Of a DNA stretch of 48,727 nt, positions 1 through 11,869 are shown piece by piece (position 1 is the first letter of the stretch; the number at the start of each line of letters is the position of its first letter). The notes beneath the pieces are model-generated. The model ran no database searches. It saw nothing but the letters and a program-made list of their open reading frames with translations, and was not told where the DNA came from. This DNA is from Pelomyxa schiedti (Eukaryota; Protista; Evosea): assembly GCA_020536535.1 (NCBI GenBank), contig JAHLWZ010000915.1, positions 1-48,727 on the forward strand, read 5' to 3'. A program made the translations under genes and the position numbers.

Positions 1-1836
1 CCCGACCCGCCGCCTCCCTCTTTCCCTGGCTCCCCCACGTTCCCGCAATCGTTGCGCCCGGAGCTGCCCCCGGCGCCGCGGGCCGCCCCCGGGTCTGCCG
101 GGCCGGCGCAGTTCTCGCCGCATACTCCATCCTCGCAGCACCCACCATATCCACCAACGGTCACCTTTAGTGATGACCCGGACACCAGGGCGATGATTCC
201 CTGCACAAATCCTCCTCCTCCACCGCGTGCGCCGCGAGCACGTTTGGATTCATCTTCGGGGCTGCCACTCCCACCTCCAGCCCCCCACATCTTGACCATC
301 ACTCTCTTGATATCTCTGGTTTTCACACCCTTTGGCACACTCAAGGGTGACACACCATCGTTTGTCACTGCACAGACTCTGATATCGTATTCCGTTCCTT
401 CCTTAAGTCCTTCAATAGTGCCATTGCACACTGGACCAACGATTCTGTGAATTGCTGGAGCAGATGATGTTGGCATCGTTGTCGTGGCTGTTGGTGTCTG
501 CTGGTGCTGCACCCCTTGTGTCTCGGAGATATGAATTTCATAGCCTGAAATAGGTATCCCTCTCTCAATTGCGGCCTTCCACTTCACTGTGACCGTTGTA
601 GTTGTAACTGAAACAATATCAAGTTCAACAACTTCCAATGGAGGCCCTGTTGGTATTTCCCTTTGTAAGTTTGTTTGTCTGTGAGGTTAAAGTTACCAAT
701 GAGTGAAATACTTCCAATATCTTCAACAAATGCAGCACTTGATTGGGCATCTGGAAGTTTCACATATAATTTGAAAGGTTCCCACTTTGTAATATGGTCA
801 ATGGGCAACATCTAAAAATTCCACTTAGCACACACTTTTCCAAGCAACTGCTAGTATTTCGTACTAACCTTCACCAGAAGTCGGCAATCCTTGACTGAAT
901 TGACCAAAACAGTGCAATTAATTGGACTTGCTTCCGCCACTTGTGTGAACCTCTGTTCCATCAAATCAAACTGCTGCAGGGCCTTCTCCAAGTGTGTTGC
1001 TCGTTCAAGAATCTTCATATCTTTTAATTCTTAGAGAAGGGCTTTCAAAAACTCACAACAAACCGCAAGAAGCCTTCAATTTGGCACTGGACTCAAGAAG
1101 TGCAGCTTTTTTCTTTTCTAGTTCTTCTTGAATTTTCGTGAGCTGGGCTATTACTTCTTGATCGAAGTTGGAAATTGTCTGGACACGTGTAACCATCGGT
1201 TGATTCAATCAAGAAGCTGACACACTTGAGAGATGGATCTCGATTCACAACCAAGTTCGTCCTGAAGGGATCGTAGAACCTTGGATCTTGCTTTGAGTTC
1301 CTGAATCCCAATCGAGAGGTCCTTCTGGTCGCCCAACTCACTCATTGGGACAACATCATGCCCCTCACTGCTACATGTCGCAGGTGCATAACCTTCTAAG
1401 GTACAGACAGAATTGTCAGTACTTCCCGCAAGTATTGTTCTGTGTATATGAATAATAATAAGATAACACAACCCCAGCCAACATAATTAGTACTTATTGA
1501 AAGACTGCCTTGTTTAAACTCGTTAACTCCCAGCAGAAGACGCTCGTTCACAGCAAGAGCCTCCCTCGTGCCGTACCCAGCAGGCACCTCGGTGGTTGCT
1601 CCACAAAGTGGGCACCCGATGGCAGGAGTGGCAGCAGCGCAAGAAGGAGAAGGAGACAGGAGGGCGCGGAGGGAGCGAGTGTTGTCGGCGCAGGGGAGGC
1701 ACACGGCGTGGCCGCAGGAGGCGAGGGTCACGGGGGGCCGGGCGTCCGCGTCGTACACCCGCCCGCACGCGCCGCAGCAGGAACTGCTGTCTGCGGTTGC
1801 TCTAGGGGACGTTGTGGGTGATGGCGGTTGGTGCAT
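1..1836 (-). CDS. TRIM-like protein: RING finger, degenerate B-box, coiled coil, FN3, glycine-rich domain (spliced; 3' end outside window)
   Basis: ATG at 1836. RING motif CGACGRVY...LASCGHAVCLPC...CPLC. Coiled-coil exons at about 900-1300. Manual translation of about 660-1 gives IPTGPPLEVVELDIVSVTTTTVTVKW...IEGLKEGTEYDIRVCAVTNDGVSPLS (FN3), then VMVKMWGAGGGSG...GGGGGFVQG...LKVTVGGYGG (Gly-rich domain). No stop before position 1. Confidence 0.75.
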
Positions 1837-2093
1837 CAATCGAACCAACTTTTTGTGAGGAAAAGTGTGGTATGGTTGAGTGTTCTGGTGAGGGGGGGTG
1901 AGGAACAGGTCAGAGAGAAAAAACGGGATCCCTGAACAGAAGTCTTAGCAGTCAAGTTGGGCTCTCCCATTAGGAAGAAAAGCCGCGGCTATTTTCGCCC
2001 TTTCCTCTGCTTTTAATGGCACGAACCAATATTTTTCACTTCACAAAAACAGACACCACAAGCAGACACAACACAACAAAAAAATAATAATAA

Positions 2094-3301
<1,208 letters not shown>

Positions 3302-3800
3302 ACACAGCACTCGCAAACACTTCAGACAACAACCCGGAAGAGACAGACCACGGAGCTTCATGAAGGACAGAATGCGGGAAGTGCCAGGAGTCTTGTTGAA
3401 CGTGGTAAGCACAAGGGGGCTCTATCCCCCCTCCCCTCCTCTCGTTTCGTGTTGTGCCACTGGTTTGGCCAACGTGGGACCAGATCGAGTTGGGGGGAAA
3501 AGGAAACCCTTTTTACCTGCCGAGACACACTCCTTTCCGTGTCCTTTGGGGCTTTGGCTGTTTCTTGGTTGTTGGCACAGAAAAAATAATAAATCATGTT
3601 CTTTTGTTTATAAGTTCTCTTTGTTTGGCTGTTCTTTTGTAACCTTTTCTCCTGTTTATTAAGATTTCCAATCAAGATTTTTTCTTCAGGAACAGGTTGA
3701 GGGTGGAGCTGCTCCAGAGGGTACTTGTTCACCTTTCCAAAGTGCTTATCCCTGGAACAATCATTCTCGACGTTTCGGAGCCATCACTTCGCGAAAGGGA

Positions 3801-5523
3801 ATGGAATTGGCGGCATTGTGGGCCTTGGCCTGTGCGCTCGCCGTGTCACGGGCAACGGCGACTGTTTTGGGCCCTCCCACAATTGAGGCAGCAAGTACAA
3901 GCAGCCCATGTGTATCGAGCGACGGGGGCCAAATCTGCCCACCAGTTGTGTGGGTGCCTGGGTTTGGTGGCAGTGTGCTGGATTTCCACGTTGACGACGA
4001 CTCAACGGACGTGCCTGAGGATTGCCCCCACGGTGACCTCACTTATCCGTATTTTGTCACAACGCCTGAGTGCGAATATTACATGTAAGCTCTCAAATTG
4101 AATCTCATTGTTCCGCCACGGCAGATGTAAATTGCAGGATGGGGATTTTTCTTTTTTTTTAACGTTTTTTTTTTTTTTCTTTTTTCAAAGAACCAGGCTT
4201 GTGAAGTCTGTAAGTGGTGATACATTCTATAATAGTGCTGGTGTATCTGCTACACTTCCGTGGTTTGGCTTCTGGAATAGTACAACATATTCCCTCACCA
4301 TGAAACGTACTTTGTTGGTCTGTTGTTGTTCTTTCTTTCCCCAAATAGTCTAAGCTCCTCACAGAGCTGGGGATATACTGAAGGGAAAGACATGTTTGCT
4401 GTTGGCTACGATTGGCGCCATTCACCAAACACACTGGCAGTTGATGAGGCCTGGATGGATGCTTTCACAAATTTAATTGAGCAATCCTACTCCATAAATT
4501 CAATGCCAATAAGCATTATCTCGTATGTTTCACACGGTTGATTTTACTTTCTCAATTGTTCCAAATTCACCAGACATTCCAATGGACCACCAACCGTTCT
4601 TGCTTTCTTGAATGCCAAATCAGAGTCTTGGAGATCCAAGTTTTCACCCCCTTGTGCATTTTAGCTTTGCTGAAGGATTTCTTAGATTCATTGCTTCGTT
4701 TATCATACTGAGTGGAAACTTCATTGGTCAAAGCAATTGCGTTGAAGCCGTCACCTTCTCTGGGAATAGTTGGGAGACCCTGAAAATGCAATCGTGGGAG
4801 GCATGGGCCTGGTCAATGCCATCTCCAAAAATGCATTCTTTCTTTTATGTGGTCGATATTTAATCATCAATCTAGATATCAGAGTCGTCCCTACATCTCT
4901 ATCCCAGGTGCAGTATTCACTGTTGACCAGTCCTTGGATTTCTTCCGCTAGTAAGGATGTACACCTGATCCTTCCAGTAACTGAACTTTCTCCAGTAATG
5001 CCTGTGGTTCATCGGCGTCGGATTTGAGTGCCTTTGCTGACACGTGGGCTCTTTTCGTTGATACACCCCGACTGACCTATCCCACCCGTAGGCCACCTTT
5101 TTTCCCCAATCATTTATCATAAAGGACACAACAGTTGACATGTACTGCTTCTATGGAACACAGCTGCAGATTGACAATTTCTGGGAGTTTGCCAGCTGTG
5201 ATGTGACTCTTGAACCGTCTAGTATTTACTTATTATCGCTATTTCATTAGCTTACCACTATCGCAGCCGTTGGGCATGACACCAACAGTGATGGCGATCA
5301 GGATGCCATGGACAACGCAAGTTGCAGAATGTGGGCAGATGATGCCACACAAACAGGCCACCACTTTGAATACCAAGAATTCCCAGGTGTCTCGCATGGC
5401 GAAGAGCCCGAGTGTGTCTTCCTCCCTTGCACTTGTTCTTTACCTAATTCTCTCACCTCAAGTAATCCCGATGTTCTTGCAGCCATTTCCAAGGCTCTAT
5501 CAAATTATTCACCCCAGTTGTAA
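3801..5523 (+). CDS. Secreted/lysosomal LCAT-family (phospholipase A2 group XV-like) acyltransferase/lipase, multi-exon
   Basis: Signal peptide MELAALWALACALAV. PPVVWVPGFGGS oxyanion motif; AVGYDWRHSP; spliced nucleophile motif IISHSNG; DGD (about 5290) and FPGVSH triad motifs; stop at 5521-5523. Confidence 0.85.
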
Positions 5524-5619
5524 CACAAGGCGTCTTGCTTTTTTTTTTTTTTCGATTGGCGTCGGTTCAACTAACGAACCGGTTTGCCGAGAATCCACGA
5601 AACTCGAGACACGCCGGCG

Positions 5620-8600
5620 ATGGTGACGCGGAGACGAGCGGTGGTGTACACGTGGGGGGACGGGTCGTTCGGCCAGCTCGGGCACAACGCCCCGCCCACG
5701 GGCAGGTCCCCGGCGCCCTCGCTGGTGGTGCCCGTGTCGTCGCGGCGCGTCGCCTGCCGCCGCGTGCAGTGCGGGGCCACGTTCACGGTCGCTGCCGTGG
5801 CGGCGGCCCCTCGGCCGGGGGCAGAAGACGCCTGTGAAGAGGACTGCTGCTGCGGCGAGGGGGAGTGGGAGGGGGAGGCGGGGGCAGGGGCAGGGACCCC
5901 CGGGGGCTGGGAGGCGTGGCAGTGGGGAGGGGACAAGGCCGTGAGCAGGGCGGTGAACTTGGCCGAGGTGGGCGGGGGTGCCTACAAGGGCCCACCGTGC
6001 CCGGTCCCGGCTCCTGTCTCTGGGTATGCATGTGGTATTGAAATTATGGGTAGTAGTGATATTTTTTTTTTTTTTTTTTTTTTAGGAGACTGCCATAGCG
6101 TAAAATGAATGAATTTCTAACTAACATACACACAAAACAAAGATTGAAAGTGAGAGTGCAAAAAGTATCATGTGGGGCAACACATGTCTTGGCCATAGAG
6201 GCAAGGAATCATACAGTATGGACTTGGGGTGAAATAGAAGGAAGGCCTATTCGTCCAACGCAGATTGAAATCCCTACCGCTGTTTCTAATGTGCCCAAGT
6301 TGATTCATCCACCTTTCTATGTTACTGATAGATGAGGTTTCAAGGTTGCTGCGGGGTCAGGTTTCTCTTTTGTATGCTGTGAAGATGGGACTGCATTTTC
6401 CTGGGGCAGCAATTCGCATGGTCAATTAGGGCTAGGTGACTTGAAGGTTTTCCCCCTTTCTTTGGTATTGGTAGTTCATACTGATCTAACTAAATAGGAT
6501 CGCACAATCCCTCAGAAAATCAATATCGCATCAAAAGTGCTACAAATTGTTTGTGGTGGGCAGCATGTTATGCTTCTTACTGACAAAGGGGACCTTCTGT
6601 CATGTGGATGGAACAAGTACCTGAGTGGAAACAATTATTTCTTTTAATGTGACTGCAGGTACGGTCAACTGGGAAATGGTGGAACTGCTGACCAACTGAC
6701 CCCTGCCCCGGTCCTCCTTGGGTCTACAGAGGCTTCCCTGGATGCAACAGGTCCCAAATTCGCTTTAGTGGCATGTGGAGATTGTCATACAATAGCATCC
6801 TCCCCTGCTACGCACCCCAATTTGCAAACAAAGGTTCTGAGAAACTTTATTTTCTACACTTAATTACACAACAAAAGGTTTGGGTCTGGGGAAAAAAAGA
6901 TTTCATTGGTCTTTCCAGCCCCAGTAACCTTCTTTGTCCTACGTATGTATTGTAAAAAAAAAAAAAAAAGTGTAATGAACTGCAGTAACATAATCTTAGA
7001 GAAATGACTGATTTCAATTTGGAGATCAATTCGAACAATGTTTTCGATAACAATTTCTCTTGTATTACCTAAGCGCTCCTATAGGAGCATGTTGTCTTAT
7101 TATCAGCAAATGGTGCATCTGAAGGCTCTCACAGTGCTATTGTAACCAACTTGGGCAACTTGTAGGTTGGTAATACTCCCTTCTACAAATCATCATGTTA
7201 GGTACATGTTTGGCTCTAATTCACATGGTCAGTGCGGCCAAATGTCTCCCGAAGTAATTGCAAAGCCCACGAAAGTCTCTTCGCTATTTATCACTGAAGT
7301 ATTCCTGCTGTTACTCTGTTCTTACATTAATGCATTTAATATTGTAAGGTATCCTGTGGTTGGTACCATACAGCGGCAATTGCTATGCAGACGTCTATTG
7401 GTCCCATTCCATTAACTACCAAGGGAGCATTTAGGCCTCTTTCCAGTAACACTATAATGTATATTTTCAGTTTCTGTGATTGGAAGGTACCACCCATGAT
7501 TCATGGCACCCTTACAATACAGTATTTTATTCGCAGACACTTATTAAGCTTGGGCTGCTCAACCGCACATTCCGTGAACTTTCTTGCTCAAATTCTATCT
7601 GGCAAGAATTATTCCAGCGGTTCAAATAACATCCTAGCGCATCTTTTCTGACAATATTGCAGGAGTAAATTTACCTGGACTGATCAGCCATGGGAGGATG
7701 CCGAACTATCAGCGCCGTCGAGAGCAATATATCAAATAACAAAGATAAACACTCAAGCCAAACCAACACATGGGTTAGTCCTCCGTTATTTCAGAGTGGT
7801 TGTGTAAGAATTTCCAGAATTTTTGGGTCTCCCTCATTAAAAGGTACAATAAGCTGGAAGCTGAGGTATTTGATGACAAACCCTCAAACTCGTCAATTTC
7901 TCTCCAGGTTTCCAGAAATTCTCACGTATCTTCCTAACAAATAAAAAGTCTTGCCGCAGCAGACAACGAAAAAGAGCGCAACAAAACAGGCTTTCTTTCC
8001 TTTGCCTCTTCCTTATTCCCTTCACGACCCAGGGAAGCAAAAGTTCTAATGACTGGTGTTTACAGTGGTAATCTCATCTAATCTCATTTAACAAGCGTGT
8101 AGGTCTGAACTCCGTGGGAAAAACGACTTATTTCTACAAGGTTCCGACCACCTTCACACTATTTATCTGTTCTTGGGGACATATTTTCACAATTACACAG
8201 TTAAAACTCGGTGAAATCACAACTGCACACAACATGTGCTTTTTTGTTGATACACTCACATACAAGAACATAACATTCCATTACACAGTACTCAGTGGGC
8301 AGTAAGTTTACTCTAGTGACTATTGTATTCACTCAGAAGCTAATGAGATTCACTCAAATGTAGGGAGAGAATTAGGCCTTTGTGGAGACATTATTACGCG
8401 GATCCCTGGTCAAGCCTCATATGGATGGTAGACGCACATGCTAGAGAGAGATTCGGGGAATCAAAAGATGTTCTTTGGGAGGTATCAGTTTCTTTCCATT
8501 TGCTTCATGGTAAATTAAGACTGCATGTATGTAGGAACTCTCTGAGCCAAGCCTCGCTAAACTACCTCTCCTTGTCATTGCCAACAAGGTGCGTGATTCT

Positions 8601-8802
8601 CCAATAGTACGAGATTCCCTAAAATTCGTATTATACTGCATTCCAGCAAGACCTACCTAATGCTGCTAATGCTGCTGAGATACAAAGAGCTCTTGACCTT
8701 CAGAAATTATCTCCTTATCGCCTGTGGACTGTCATCGAAATGGATAATCTTTCAAATACAGGACTGTATGAGACTCTGGATTGGCTCTACAGCCACATAT
8801 AG
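5620..8802 (+). CDS. RCC1-repeat, F-box, Arf-like GTPase fusion protein, multi-exon
   Basis: RCC1 blades: VYTWGDGSFGQLG, VSCGATH, FSWGSNSHGQLGLG, VACGDCH, VSCGWYHT. F-box LSSNTIMYIFSFCDWK|TLIKLGLLNRTFRELSCSNSIWQELF begins in the same exon as the last blade. In-frame GT-AG introns at 7620-7662, 7774-7817 and 7908-8032 join it to EAKVLMTG|LNSVGKTT...QERIRPLWRHYY...IANK|QDLPNA...LDWLYSHI* (TAG 8800-8802). The domains are confident; the single-gene join is inferred from the splicing. Confidence 0.65.
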
Positions 8803-8840
8803 AATGTACTCAAATAGTTAATTTCATTTAAAAACCGGGA

Positions 8841-9803
8841 TTACAGATGGTCTAAACCAGACAACGTGTTAGTTCCCCTTGCAAGTTTCGCTATCTCACT
8901 GGTGTTTCTCTTAGATGGTGTGGGTGCTGTTGTACTAGGCTTCACTTGTTCAGTCTTCTGTTCTTTTGCCGAGTCTTGTTGTGCCATGGTGTAAGTCACA
9001 CAAGAAAATACGCAGGACCACATTGCATTCATGCACAACTGCTTGACTTGCACTGGGCGGTGTAGTAGTAACTGAGGCAAAGCCCCTGCTGCCAACCCTC
9101 CCACGGCTGCATAAGCAACACTGCGTTTTCCAGTTACTTGCTCCAAGGCAGTGCGAGCTCCTGCCTCTATAGCCATTGAAATAGAGTTTTCCAGTGTACT
9201 GCGTGCGTGGTCAGCAAGAAGGGACTTCAATTCTGCCACCCTACTTGTCGAAGGTGGTGTAATTTCACTTGGTGATTCAATGCTCGAAGGAATAGGTGCT
9301 ACGGGGGTATGAATGCTTTCTGTGGTGTCTTGAGATATAGGCGGTGGTGTTGCAGCGTCAATGTCATCTAGGCGTTCAATATTGGGCCGAAGTCGCTGGG
9401 GCAACAACCTCGTAACTTTCGAACGTAGAGAAATGTTCTTGAGGGCCTCGCCTTCTGGCGTAGTAGCAGGATCCTGAATCAACTGTCGCCTCCGCAACTT
9501 ACTCAGAGGCTTGAATCTCGCCACGGCATTGCGCAGTGCACGAGCCGGTGATGGAAAGGGTATCAAAGAAAGCGGGATGAACGAAGCGCTGACCACACCC
9601 AGAGCCATCCCGCTGGTGAACGCACTAACTGCTTGCATGGCCCACATCGGCAAACTTAGGCGAGGTGGTCCTCGACGTCGACGCCTCCACACCGCTACCT
9701 TCCCCTTCTCAACAGTTTTCGTTGGTTGGTCCTCGTGTACCTTCTCTATCTTCTCCGCCGGCGCCTTGCCCCCTTGCCCACGTGACTCGCCGTCCGCGTT
9801 CAT
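8841..9803 (-). CDS. Intronless 320-aa membrane protein, possibly Tim17/Tim22/Tim23 (PRAT) family
   Basis: Long ORF with an A-rich leader. Hydrophobic GxxxG segment AVSAFTSGMALGVVSASF. C-terminal ...AGARTALEQVTGKRSVAYAAVGGLAAGAL...AMWSCVFSCVTY resembles the Tim17-family TM2-TM4 pattern. The gene is likely real; the family call is tentative. Confidence 0.5.
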   Translation of the reverse strand: MNADGESRGQGGKAPAEKIEKVHEDQPTKTVEKGKVAVWRRRRRGPPRLSLPMWAMQAVSAFTSGMALGVVSASFIPLSLIPFPSPARALRNAVARFKPLSKLRRRQLIQDPATTPEGEALKNISLRSKVTRLLPQRLRPNIERLDDIDAATPPPISQDTTESIHTPVAPIPSSIESPSEITPPSTSRVAELKSLLADHARSTLENSISMAIEAGARTALEQVTGKRSVAYAAVGGLAAGALPQLLLHRPVQVKQLCMNAMWSCVFSCVTYTMAQQDSAKEQKTEQVKPSTTAPTPSKRNTSEIAKLARGTNTLSGLDHL

Positions 9804-9955
9804 GTTTGTTTAAATTAATGACTTAAAAAGGCACCCGAATGAGAAACGGAAGGTGCAGGGAAATGCAGTTACAGGGTCACACCTGCCAAACGAAAAATCA
9901 GCGAGTGTTCCTTAAAGACTGACAACACACACAACATGTCAACATTTTTTTTTAT

Positions 9956-11752
9956 TTATTCTACTTCCCGTACAAAGTTAGAAGGGAACCAGCCGGCTCT
10001 GCCATAGTTAAAACCAATCCACCAGCCAGTGTTTGGATCTTTATCCAGTAGTTCAAACTTCTCTCCAGCAAAGAAGTCTAGTTCGTCAGATTCCGTTCCT
10101 ATGTAATCGTATAGGGCTTGTACAACCCTCTGCTGTTTTGTGTGTGTTGTTGGCAATGAAACAGGGAAGAACGGGAATACATTTTGACTTTGTGCAGGTG
10201 GTGTTTGTCCTATAGTTGCCAGATCTCCAGATCTACTCCTTGACACCTGCAATATAAGTTCAAGAGTTACCTTAGGTACACACACAGGATATTGTTATTG
10301 TTACCTTCGGTGTGAAAGTGGGTGGCTGCGGTGGTGAAGAGCCTGTCTTGTTTATGTCGACCCATTCAGTAATATCCTTTTCTTTGCTAATAGAGGATGC
10401 AGCTTTTGACAGCTTGTCATGTGCTTCCTTTTCTCTACTTATCGTTTGCTTAAGTGATAATGAGTGTACGGATGAGTTTGAGTCAGACCTACCTGTAGTG
10501 CAGATGAAAATAAATTGGTCTGCTGTTGTATGAAGTCCATTCTCTGTACTTCTTGCTCTTGCATTAACTTAAGGGAATACTACGTGAATATGGCTCACGA
10601 GGGGAGCAAAAACACACATTCATAAACGTTTTAAGAGCATTCACGTAAGTAGGTTGGAAATCATTTAGGGCAGTGATTGCATCTTTGTATTCTTTTTCTA
10701 AATCGATTTCCTTGGCAGTGGTCTTCTGAAGTTTGGCAGCAATCTGCGGGAGTATAAAAGAGTTCCTTTTGTATATGTAGAAAGGAAACACACCTTTTGT
10801 ATTTCCGATGCTGGCCTTTTTTGTTTCTTTAACGTTTCAAGGTTGTTGTTTATTGAATCTGATTTTGCAACGCACTCACTGTGTCTTGCCTTAGCCTTGA
10901 GAGTACAAAAAAAGCCACAAATCAAAGAAACAAAGCACCACCAAATAACACGAGCTTAAAAAATGAGCCAGGATAGGATTATTCAAGTTATCAAATTACT
11001 TGCATGTGACATACAATTATGAGTACGTTGTAATGCGCTGGTAATATTTTCGGATTTGCGTTTCATTTACTGTTTATTATAATAGTTGTGGGGTCCCTAC
11101 CCGCTTAACAACAAGATCACGAGAACTTCGATCACGTATAACAGTGGCAGCATCCTCCAGACACTAAGAGCCTTAAGAGAACGTACAAAAATCCAACAAG
11201 GGGGATACTTGTCTTCGCGATTGCCTCTGATCTTTAGCAAACTCCCTTGTAGAATTGAGGATTTTGGTGATGCTTGCCTGCATATCCTTATGGGCAGCCA
11301 CACGGATTTCATGCTCTTCCTTAACAGCAGCCCAGACTCCTCTCACGCTCCTGCAGTTCCGTTCAGAAAGAGAAGCAGGAATCCTGAAAGGAACAAACTT
11401 GAACTCCTCAGTCTCCACCACGGTTAGAAGACCCATTTTATGTGTAGTTGGATCCGTGAGTCTTTTCAAAGACTTACAATACACGTCCTCAATTTCTGCT
11501 CTTTCCTACAATACAAAATCCATCACAACAGGTTCAAAAACTCCCCCCCACAAAAGAAAATGGCAAACCACTCACGCTTAAATATGTACTGAACTGCTGA
11601 AAAACTTCAAAGGAATTTTCAGCGGCCTTCTCTAACACAGTAAACCCCTCATCACCCTATATTCAATTGGTTTGCACGAAATAGTTCGCCAACACAGCGA
11701 GGTTGCACCAAAAAAACGACGTTTGCCGTACCCACAGATTATCGCGGAACAT
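9956..11752 (-). CDS. F-BAR (FCH) + SH3 protein (PSTPIP/PACSIN/Hof1-like), multi-exon
   Basis: Spliced start MFRDNLW|GDEGFTVLEK and ERAEIEDVYCKSLKRL (FCH). C-terminal SH3 ALYDYIGTESDELDF...GWWIG...GWFPSNFV. Confidence 0.88.
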
Positions 11753-11869
11753 TTTTAATATATTTTCTCTTTTGAGCCAGAAATAGACCCTGGAGGGTCA
11801 AGATCGTTCCGATGCAAATCACAGTTGCAGTCGCAATTTAATTAAATCGTGGTCGTGGTGAGACACGAA

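Noticed and set aside
1510-1858. Several overlapping plus-strand ORFs (similar cases at 5571-6031, 19378-19901 and 46560-47039)
   Set aside because: They are antisense or alternate-frame shadows of GC-rich real exons, with no recognisable motifs.
3302-3800. 500-bp gap after actin with ORFs of 60-135 aa and a short GGGGG/CCCCC hairpin
   Set aside because: No domain motifs or convincing splice pattern. Most likely the actin 3' UTR (AATAAA near 3588) plus the LCAT promoter.
7770-7860. ATG GGT TAG TCC...TGG TTG TGT reads like an Arf N-terminus (MG*SSVISEWL...) with an in-frame TAG, suggesting stop-codon reassignment or a 21-nt intron
   Set aside because: A normal 44-nt GT-AG intron (7774-7817) explains the region in another frame. 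TAG terminates the same gene at the expected Arf C-terminus, and no conserved exon elsewhere needs a reassigned stop.
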